The notes under the pieces: generated by a model
What the model was told of the DNA's origin: nothing
What the model saw: only the letters and a program-made list of their open reading frames with translations
Database searches by the model: none
Shown here: one piece after another, positions 52,486 through 59,640 of the stretch
Layout of the letters: every line of letters begins with the position of its first letter
How positions within the stretch are numbered: position 1 is the stretch's first letter
NCBI GenBank assembly: GCA_034120015.1
Contig: JAXEIF010000007.1
Location: 78,988-142,987 of the forward strand
Length of the DNA: 64,000 nucleotides
Reading direction: 5' to 3'
From: Spirochaetia bacterium
Lineage (GTDB): Bacteria; Spirochaetota; Spirochaetia; JAFGXN01
Made by a program: the position numbers and the translations under genes

Positions 52486-54123
52486 CTATTTGGTTATTAT
52501 GACAGAAACTTTGTTACTGAGACGTGATGTTGTATTGTCACTTGCCGCATATTCTACTCTGTAATCGATAAAATCCTGCTCCAGAACAGTCTTTGAATCT
52601 ATAACGGAGACGGAACCGTTTTTTACCGGAAGCGGATCGGCATTAACAAGTCCGTATTGAATATCCTGAGCTGTACGTCTGAAAACATTCACAAACTGTC
52701 GTCCAATCGGTATACCCGTAACAGTAATTGTCACGGAGTCTCCGTTTAATACGGCACCGAGAATCGGGTCAGCCGCCATTTGAGGACCTTTCGAATCCGT
52801 AACATACCCGCCAAACAGACCGGTTTCGGGTGTTTCATAACGACGTACCGTATCATCATGCGCATAAACAGCCTTTACTTTAAAATAAACCGGCTTTTTC
52901 CATTTATACTGATACCAGCTTTCTGTCGATCCAGGTTTTTTCATTTCGACGCGGTATTTAAACGTTACGATGCCTTGCTCATTCGTTCGTGAATAAAAAA
53001 GACTATCCGCATGCTCGCTAAATCCGTCCGGAGGATTTGCTTTTCTGTTGACTTCGGAAATTTCCGTCAAAAGTTCCAATCCATGTTCCGATGAATCGAT
53101 ATAATTAAAACCGGGTCGAAAAATCACATTATATAAATCCTTAAAATTCGGATTGCCCGGCTCCATTAAAGCCGAAAACTTCCAACCGGCAGGTGAATAT
53201 TCCGGAAAAGGGAAAACTCCCGAACCGAGAAGCTCCGTGTCGTGCCCCAATTCAAATTCTCTTTGGGCGTTTCGAAGTTTGGAATTAATTTTCCATGTCA
53301 GCTCCAAAATCGAAGTTTCATTTGTAAGAGTAAAACCATCGGACGGAAGCCCGACAACTTCAAGATCGTAAGGAGCGGGAAGGATGTACCCGATATTCAC
53401 TGATGAAAACTCGGAACGGGCTCCATATCTGTCGAAAGCAACAACTCCGTAATCATAAATAACGCCGTCTTCGGCTGTCAAATCTTTATAGACAATCATA
53501 GGAACCGTATTGTCATAAGGAATAAAACAGTCATCGATACATTGCCATTCTTCATCCGAAGCCGCATTCGTTTTACGGTAAATTTCGTAGCGAAAAGCAT
53601 CCGCCGCCGGAGTCCATGAGAATTCAATGTTTCTTGAGGTTCCCCTCGTCAAAGAAAAAGAATTCATTGTTCCCGTAAACACCGACTCTTTCCTGACCGT
53701 TATATCCGATATAACAGAAAAAGCACTCTCGATTCCCGATTCGGAAACGGAAGTCAATTTAACATAGCGATGGAATTCAGACGCTTGTCCCGAAAATGAA
53801 AAAGGAGGGAGTACATACAGATTGTCTGCAATCGGTTTCGGATTCATTTTTAAGAAAGATCCTTCCTGTTCCTCCGAGAAATAAATGTTATAGCCGGAGG
53901 CATAAGGATTGATTTCCCAAAAAAGCGTCACCAAATGATCGGCACCATCAATTTCGATATAATAATCGATACTTGTCGGCGGAAGAATTTGCTTCCCGGA
54001 AAAAATCGAATCCAATACGGAATCCTTATTCAAATCATTTGTCAGCACATACTTTGACGGATTCAGCAAATCACATGACGTAAAAAGCAAGAATAGAGAA
54101 AGAATGTATATTCTGTTTCGCAT
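52486..54123 (-). CDS. Surface lipoprotein B (545 aa) with FN3-like modules
   Basis: The lipobox is LLFTSC, and an AGGAGG RBS lies inside the end of gene A. FN3-like signatures are VTLFWEINPYASGYNIYF, IEFSWTPAADAFRYEIYR and LELTWKINS. Confidence 0.88.
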   Translation of the reverse strand: MRNRIYILSLFLLFTSCDLLNPSKYVLTNDLNKDSVLDSIFSGKQILPPTSIDYYIEIDGADHLVTLFWEINPYASGYNIYFSEEQEGSFLKMNPKPIADNLYVLPPFSFSGQASEFHRYVKLTSVSESGIESAFSVISDITVRKESVFTGTMNSFSLTRGTSRNIEFSWTPAADAFRYEIYRKTNAASDEEWQCIDDCFIPYDNTVPMIVYKDLTAEDGVIYDYGVVAFDRYGARSEFSSVNIGYILPAPYDLEVVGLPSDGFTLTNETSILELTWKINSKLRNAQREFELGHDTELLGSGVFPFPEYSPAGWKFSALMEPGNPNFKDLYNVIFRPGFNYIDSSEHGLELLTEISEVNRKANPPDGFSEHADSLFYSRTNEQGIVTFKYRVEMKKPGSTESWYQYKWKKPVYFKVKAVYAHDDTVRRYETPETGLFGGYVTDSKGPQMAADPILGAVLNGDSVTITVTGIPIGRQFVNVFRRTAQDIQYGLVNADPLPVKNGSVSVIDSKTVLEQDFIDYRVEYAASDNTTSRLSNKVSVIITK

Positions 54124-54125
54124 CT

Positions 54126-54572
54126 TTATTTGTCCTCCTTTTTCAAATAAACCGCAGTCGTATCACCGTTCCCGACATCGACAAGCGACAGATTCTCTCC
54201 GAACTGAGTTAAAATAAAATTACGGACAACAGGTGTAATCAATTCATCGGAAGGAATAAAAGCAACGGTAAAATCGCTTTTTGAAACCTGAAGAGAACCC
54301 GAAAATGAAAGATTCTTATCGGGCTTTCCGTCGGTAAAATAATTCCAGGTAAACTTTCCCGGAATAATCGTTTTATCAACCTTCCCTTCCGCATTTTTAA
54401 ACTTCCCGCTACTGAGTTCGATTGTCAGCTCTTCTCTTATATTCTCGTTGCGGGCAGAGACGGAATAACGAATCCATGTTCCCGTTATATCCGTCTTATT
54501 TGAAAAATCGACTGCACATGAAAGTGCAACAAACAGTAATGACAAAAAGAAAACCCGTTTAAACTCAAACAT
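54126..54572 (-). CDS. Small lipocalin-like lipoprotein A (148 aa), first gene of the operon
   Basis: The lipobox is FVALSC. KTDITGTWIRYS...REELTIELSSGKF aligns with protein D. The RBS is AAGGAGAGG. Confidence 0.8.
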   Translation of the reverse strand: MFEFKRVFFLSLLFVALSCAVDFSNKTDITGTWIRYSVSARNENIREELTIELSSGKFKNAEGKVDKTIIPGKFTWNYFTDGKPDKNLSFSGSLQVSKSDFTVAFIPSDELITPVVRNFILTQFGENLSLVDVGNGDTTAVYLKKEDK

Positions 54573-54594
54573 AACCTCTCCTTTTACTTTTTAT

Positions 54595-54623
54595 AATTAT
54601 CACTGAGAAAATTAAAAAATCAA
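54595..54623 (-). promoter_or_regulatory. Candidate sigma70-type promoter of the lipoprotein operon
   Basis: The minus strand reads TTGATT (54623-54618), a 17-nt spacer, then ATAATT (54600-54595). A TG lies 1 nt upstream of the -10 element, giving an extended -10 look. The spacer is AT-rich, and the element lies about 25 nt upstream of the gene A ATG. Confidence 0.5.
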
Positions 54624-54666
54624 TATTTTAACTAAAAGTTATTGAAAATAAAGAAAAAGGTTGTAA

Positions 54667-55734
54667 CTATTGTCGATATTCTGAGAGAATTTTAAACGAT
54701 TTTAAACATGACGCACTGCATGGAATTTCCGATAAATTGTCGAAAAAAACATCATCGGACAGAGAATCATCACCCGGATAATCCAGGCGATAGACATTTG
54801 CCGTCCGAATGATTTTATATCGAGTAACCGTATGCGTTGTTACCGACTGCCCCAGAAACCGGGCGAACGGTTTCCATTCGGGAATCTCTTCTGTCGGAAA
54901 ATCCCGCATTCCCTTTCGCCATCTCTGGGAATCGGAAGGAGGCGGAAGATAAACTCTGCCATCGGGAAGCATATATATGTAGACCGATTCTTCAACAGTT
55001 TCGATTGGAACCCTGCGCCTCCGCTGCGGATAAAGACTCTGTGTACCGCGAAAAAAAGCAAGACAACGCGGAGAAAGCGGACAGCTGCCGCAATCGGGCG
55101 CCGACGGCCGGCAAATCAAAGCCCCCAGTTCCATCAGAGCCTGATTGATAACAGACGGGCTCAACCCGCAACGGGAAGTTATTTCGACAGCATATCGGGA
55201 AAGACGCCACAGATGTTCCTTAAAACCGTTTCCCCGCGTCACACACCGAAACCGACTCCACACACGTTCGATATTTCCGTCCAAAATGGCTTCCGGCTGA
55301 TTAAAAGCGATTGACAGAATGGCGCCTGCCGTATACGGACCGACTCCGGGTAAGGCCTCCCAACCGGAACGGGTATGCGGAAATCCGTTTTCGGACAGAA
55401 TTTTCGCCGAACGGTATAAGTTTTTTGCCCTTGAATAATAACCGAGTCCGGACCAGAGAGTCAGAACCTCATCCGGTGACGCCGAGGCTAAAGAAGAAAC
55501 ATCGGGAAAACGATTTATGAACCGGTTAAAATACGGAATCACTGCCGCAACAACAGTTTGCTGAAGCATAATTTCCGAAATCCAAACCCGGTAAGGAGTC
55601 GGGTCGGAACGCCAAGGCAGAATACGAGCCGTTTCGGAAAACCAACGGTTTAAATCACAAAGCAAAACAGCAAAAGATGGTTTTGCCTCTGCCGTTCCGG
55701 GTAAAAAAGAAAGATTTGACTGTTGTGAACTCAT
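54667..55734 (-). CDS. mutY: A/G-specific adenine DNA glycosylase
   Basis: Motifs present are WRSDPTPYRVWISEIMLQQT, the helix-hairpin-helix GLGYYSRAKNL, LPGVGPYTAGAI and the 4Fe-4S cluster ligands CRPSAPDCGSCPLSPRC. A NUDIX-like C-terminal domain follows. Confidence 0.92.
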   Translation of the reverse strand: MSSQQSNLSFLPGTAEAKPSFAVLLCDLNRWFSETARILPWRSDPTPYRVWISEIMLQQTVVAAVIPYFNRFINRFPDVSSLASASPDEVLTLWSGLGYYSRAKNLYRSAKILSENGFPHTRSGWEALPGVGPYTAGAILSIAFNQPEAILDGNIERVWSRFRCVTRGNGFKEHLWRLSRYAVEITSRCGLSPSVINQALMELGALICRPSAPDCGSCPLSPRCLAFFRGTQSLYPQRRRRVPIETVEESVYIYMLPDGRVYLPPPSDSQRWRKGMRDFPTEEIPEWKPFARFLGQSVTTHTVTRYKIIRTANVYRLDYPGDDSLSDDVFFDNLSEIPCSASCLKSFKILSEYRQ

Positions 55735-56753
55735 AAAAACAGCGTCGCATCACCGTAAGAAAAAAAACGGTAATGTTTTTCAATCGCATGACGGTAACAT
55801 AAGCGGACAGCCTCCGTTCCCGCAAACGCAGAAACAAGCAGAATCAGACTGGAATCGGGAGTGTGAAAATTGGTGAAAAGTTTATCGACGACATGAAACC
55901 GGTAGCCGGGATAGATAAAAATATCGGTTTTTCCGTAACCGCTTCGCACCGATTCGCCGTTCCAGGCCGATTCGAGCGTACGCACCGAAGTTGTTCCGAC
56001 GGCAGTGACCGGACGGCCTTCCCTTTTTGCCCGGTTGACGGCCTCGGCTGTTTCGGGCGAGACTTCGTAATCTTCGGTATGCATTTTGTGGTCTTCGATA
56101 TTTTCGACAGTTACCGGAAGAAAGGTGCCGAGCCCCACGTGAAGTGTGACAAAAGCAGTATCGATTCCCTTCTCCTTCAATTCCGCAAGAATTTCGGGAG
56201 TGAAATGGAGGCCCGCCGTCGGTGCAGCCGCCGATCCTGTCTTGTCGAAATCGGCATAAACAGTCTGATACCGGTCGCTGTCGGTTTCGACCGCTTTGCG
56301 TTTGATGTAGGGCGGAAGCGGAATGAGGCCGTTGCGCTCGAAAAACTCTTCCCGAACCGGAAAGGAAAATTCCAACACGCGCGTACGGTCGAATTCTTTC
56401 GAAATCACCGCCTCGCTGCCGTCGGGGAAGCGGTAACGTTTTCCGACCACCTGTTTTTTCAGTTTCGAGGCGACCGCCTCCCAATGAAAATCGTCGAAGC
56501 GGCGCAGAAAGAGGAATTCGACACGGGCGCCGGTTTCCGATTCGGCATAAACCCGTGCCTTGCGCACACGGGAATTATTAAAAACCAACAGGGTATCGGA
56601 CGGCAGAAAACAGGAAAGCTGCGAAACGGTGGTATCGGTCATACTGCCGTCGGCCCGATTATAAACCAACAGCCGCGACGCACCGCGTTTTTCCGTCGGC
56701 CTCTGTGCAATGAGTTCTTTCGGTAAATCAAAATAAAAGCTGTCCGTTCTCAT
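55731..56753 (-). CDS. queA: S-adenosylmethionine:tRNA ribosyltransferase-isomerase
   Basis: The N-terminus reads FYFDLPKELIAQRPTEKRGASRLLV, and PLPPYIKR and AAPTAGLHFT are also present. Confidence 0.95.
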   Translation of the reverse strand: MRTDSFYFDLPKELIAQRPTEKRGASRLLVYNRADGSMTDTTVSQLSCFLPSDTLLVFNNSRVRKARVYAESETGARVEFLFLRRFDDFHWEAVASKLKKQVVGKRYRFPDGSEAVISKEFDRTRVLEFSFPVREEFFERNGLIPLPPYIKRKAVETDSDRYQTVYADFDKTGSAAAPTAGLHFTPEILAELKEKGIDTAFVTLHVGLGTFLPVTVENIEDHKMHTEDYEVSPETAEAVNRAKREGRPVTAVGTTSVRTLESAWNGESVRSGYGKTDIFIYPGYRFHVVDKLFTNFHTPDSSLILLVSAFAGTEAVRLCYRHAIEKHYRFFSYGDATLFL

Positions 56754-57780
56754 CGTTTTTTTTTCCTATCTGCGGCGCATATCCCAGATGACGGTATCCG
56801 GCATCCGTAACGGTACGTCCGCGCGGTGTCCGCTGCAGAAAACCTTTCCGAATCAGAAAGGGCTCGTAAAAATCTTCCAAAGATTCGACCGGCTCGCCGA
56901 TATGAATCGAGAGCGTCTCCGCACCGACCGGACCTCCGTTGTAAACCGAAATAATGGTTTCCAAAATCTTGCGGTCCTGACGCCCGAGTCCCTGTCCGTC
57001 GATCTTCAACCGTTCAAGTGCTGTTTTGAGAATAGCGGGAGTAATCACACCGTTTCCTTCCACTTCGGCAAAATCGCGAATTCGTTTAAGAAGGCGGTTT
57101 GCAATACGGGGTGTTCCGCGGGAACAGGCTGCCAGCATTCCGACGGCCGGTTTTTCGATATCGATGTCCAAAATAGAAGAAGTCCGCAGAATCACCTTCT
57201 GTAAATCTTTTTCGTCATACAGCGGGATCGACAAATCGATGCCGAAACGACTGTAGAGCGGCGAGGAAACCGAACCGGCTTTTGTCGTTGCACCGATCAA
57301 TGTAAACGGCGCCACGGGCACCCGAATCGATCGGGCAGCCGCCCCCTGTCCGATCACCCAGTCGATTTCGAAATCCTCCATGGCAATATAGAGCATCTCT
57401 TCGATCGCCGGTTTCAGCCGGTGAATTTCGTCAATAAAAAAGACCGATCCCGGCTCGAGCGCCGTCAGCATTCCTGCCAAATCTTTCGGCTTGTCGAGAA
57501 CGGGCGCGCTGGTCATTTTCATTTCCGCTCCCATTTCGTTGGCGACGATATTGGCAAGTGTCGTCTTGCCTAATCCGGGAGGACCCGAAAGAAAGAGATG
57601 ATCGAGCGGTTCTTCCCGACGACGGGCCGCTTCGATATAAATTTTCAGATTTTCTTTAAGCTCGTCCTGTCCCTGGAAATCCTTCAAAAAGAGAGGACGA
57701 ATTCCCGATTCGTTTCGATCCTGAATTTCACTGAACTGACTGTCGTAAATTTCCCGTTCTTCCATCGCCGGCTCCGTCAA
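56728..57780 (-). CDS. ruvB: Holliday junction branch-migration ATPase RuvB
   Basis: The Walker A motif GPPGLGKTTLA and the Walker B motif FIDEIHRL are present. RGTPRIANRLLKRIRDF and the C-terminal winged helix complete the match. Confidence 0.96.
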   Translation of the reverse strand: MTEPAMEEREIYDSQFSEIQDRNESGIRPLFLKDFQGQDELKENLKIYIEAARRREEPLDHLFLSGPPGLGKTTLANIVANEMGAEMKMTSAPVLDKPKDLAGMLTALEPGSVFFIDEIHRLKPAIEEMLYIAMEDFEIDWVIGQGAAARSIRVPVAPFTLIGATTKAGSVSSPLYSRFGIDLSIPLYDEKDLQKVILRTSSILDIDIEKPAVGMLAACSRGTPRIANRLLKRIRDFAEVEGNGVITPAILKTALERLKIDGQGLGRQDRKILETIISVYNGGPVGAETLSIHIGEPVESLEDFYEPFLIRKGFLQRTPRGRTVTDAGYRHLGYAPQIGKKNDENGQLLF

Positions 57781-58367
57781 AAACTGCTGAGGCGGACAAT
57801 GGCCTCACGGAAAAGTTTCTGTTCGAAATCGTCGGATGCGGGATTCAGCTCTGCGGCCAGTTCGGAGACGACCGTTTCGGCCTGTTTGACGGCGAAGCCC
57901 ATGTCCGCCAGCGCCCGCACCAGATCGGCGTAAGGGGAAAGTGCCGCGGTTGGGGACTCTTTCACTTCCGCGGTCAGTTTGCCGCGCAACGCGAGGATAA
58001 TCTTTGCCGCCTTTTTGGGTCCGAGTCCCGGTATCGACGACAGGGCACCGACATCCTCTTTCTCGATCAGAGAGGCCAGTTCCGCCGGTGGTGCCGCACC
58101 GAGAACCGAAACAGCCTGTTTCGGCCCGACACCGTCGACTTTCAGCAACTGGAGAAAGAGATCGCGCTGCCGAACGGATTCAAACCCGAAAAGACGCATT
58201 CCGTCTTCCTTATGATGCAGATAGGTGTAAATTTTCACGAGCGCACCGGCTTCGACTTTGGCTGTCAAAACTGTCGGAACCGTTAAATCGTATTCGATGC
58301 CGTTAAGCTGGAGCCAGAGAGACTGTCCTTCGGCATAGGTGACAGTTCCCGTTAAACTGTTATACAC
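57777..58367 (-). CDS. ruvA: Holliday junction DNA-binding protein RuvA
   Basis: The N-terminus MYNSLTGTV forms an OB fold. A double helix-hairpin-helix (LLKVDGVGPKQAVSVL, IPGLGPKKAAKII) and a C-terminal domain III follow. Confidence 0.9.
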   Translation of the reverse strand: MYNSLTGTVTYAEGQSLWLQLNGIEYDLTVPTVLTAKVEAGALVKIYTYLHHKEDGMRLFGFESVRQRDLFLQLLKVDGVGPKQAVSVLGAAPPAELASLIEKEDVGALSSIPGLGPKKAAKIILALRGKLTAEVKESPTAALSPYADLVRALADMGFAVKQAETVVSELAAELNPASDDFEQKLFREAIVRLSSF

Positions 58368-58857
58368 GATTCTTCACCTTTTCCTGAAAAGAAGAAAAAC
58401 GGCTGCCGGCTATAGCGGCAGCCAAAGCGTCGGCCGCATGGTCGGGCCGCGGATTCTCTTTCAAATTCAAAAGTCTGCGCACCATAATCTGAACCGCCTC
58501 TTTTTCCGCACGACCGTCTCCCGTTACCGACTGCTTTATCTGAATCGGTGTCAGCTCGCAAACGGGAATTCTTTTGCGGGCCGTTTCGGCCAAAATGACT
58601 CCGCAAGTTTCCGCAACAGGAATGGCACTTGTCCGGTTTTTGGCAAAAAAAAGCTTTTCCATACCGGCCGCATCGGGTGAAAAGCGCGTCAAAAGATCCG
58701 CTACCGCATCACCGATTGTCATCAACCGTTCCGCAGTCGGGCGGGATGCGGATGTTTCGATGACCCCGTATTCACGCAACCGGAAGCGTCCGGACGCATC
58801 TTCAATCACGCCCCATCCCGTATGCGCCAATCCGGGGTCGAACCCGATTAAAATCAC
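58360..58857 (-). CDS. ruvC: Crossover junction endodeoxyribonuclease RuvC
   Basis: MILIGFDPGLAHTGWGVIE contains the catalytic Asp. The DHAADALAAAI motif is also present. Confidence 0.93.
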   Translation of the reverse strand: MILIGFDPGLAHTGWGVIEDASGRFRLREYGVIETSASRPTAERLMTIGDAVADLLTRFSPDAAGMEKLFFAKNRTSAIPVAETCGVILAETARKRIPVCELTPIQIKQSVTGDGRAEKEAVQIMVRRLLNLKENPRPDHAADALAAAIAGSRFSSFQEKVKNRV

Positions 58858-59594
58858 TAAATATCCCCTTCGAAATCGTCGGGAATCTCCAGGTTGTTAA
58901 AAACCGACTGAACATCGTCCAAATCTTCCAGTTTTTCAATCAGCCGCAACGCTTTCGCCGTTCCTTCCGAATCGAGCGTCACACGCGTAATCGGCTCCAT
59001 TTTCACCTCGGCCTCTTCGGGAGTAAAGCCCGCTTCCGACAGAGCATTGCTGACCGCTTCGAAATCGGCCGGGTCGGTAATGACTTCGACGTAGTCGTCA
59101 TCCTGAATTACATCCTCGGCACCGGCATCTCCGGCAATTTCGAAAACTTTATCGAAATCGGGAGTCTGAATCGAAATAATTCCTTTTCTCTGAAACAAAT
59201 AGGAACTGCTGCCGGCTGTTCCCAAAGAACCGCCGTTCTTGCTCAACGTGGAGCGGACATCGGCAGCCGTACGGTTTTTGTTATCCGTCAGCGTTTCGAT
59301 AATCAGCGCAACTCCGCCGGGAACGTATCCTTCGTAAGTCAGCTGGGTATAAACGACACCGTCGTTTTCTCCGGAAGCCTTTTTAATAGCCCGATCGATA
59401 TTGTCTTTCGGCATATTGGCGGCACGCGCTTTAATGATTGCGGCGCGCAGTGCGGCATTGGATTCTTCCGCAGGTCCGCCCTGTTTGACGGCCACCATAA
59501 TTTCTTTACCGATTTTTGTAAAAATCTTACCGCGTTTGGCGTCGGCGGCTCCCTTTTTGTGTTTGATTGTCGACCATTTGCTGTGTCCTGACAT
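58857..59594 (-). CDS. yebC: YebC/PmpR-family protein
   Basis: The N-terminus reads MSGHSKWSTIKHKKGAADAKRGKIFTKIGKEI, which is canonical for the family. It sits upstream of ruvCAB as in many bacteria. Confidence 0.93.
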   Translation of the reverse strand: MSGHSKWSTIKHKKGAADAKRGKIFTKIGKEIMVAVKQGGPAEESNAALRAAIIKARAANMPKDNIDRAIKKASGENDGVVYTQLTYEGYVPGGVALIIETLTDNKNRTAADVRSTLSKNGGSLGTAGSSSYLFQRKGIISIQTPDFDKVFEIAGDAGAEDVIQDDDYVEVITDPADFEAVSNALSEAGFTPEEAEVKMEPITRVTLDSEGTAKALRLIEKLEDLDDVQSVFNNLEIPDDFEGDI

Positions 59595-59611
59595 AAAATC
59601 TCCTTAGAAAG

Positions 59612-59640
59612 AGTTTAGCATAAAAAATGGATTCTTTCAA
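59612..59640 (-). promoter_or_regulatory. Candidate promoter for yebC-ruvCAB
   Basis: The minus strand reads TTGAAA (59640-59635), a 17-nt spacer, then TAAACT (59617-59612). It abuts the GH2 stop codon. Confidence 0.35.

Noticed and set aside
38055-54666. Genomic island delimited by integrase, tRNA or direct repeats
   Set aside because: I could find none of these hallmarks at either junction. The region is reported as compositionally distinct accessory DNA and not as a mobile element.
55863-56726. 287-aa plus-strand ORF and the 200-aa minus-strand out-of-frame ORF 55882..56484. The same applies to 1035..1958, 12855..13718, 18219..19082, 25055..25714, 29078..29830, 37293..38102, 54832..55314 and 62818..63423.
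   Set aside because: Each lies inside, and antisense or out of frame to, a confidently identified gene (queA, murJ, nusA, rnd, rtpR, SDR, zupT, mutY, mutS). None has family motifs.
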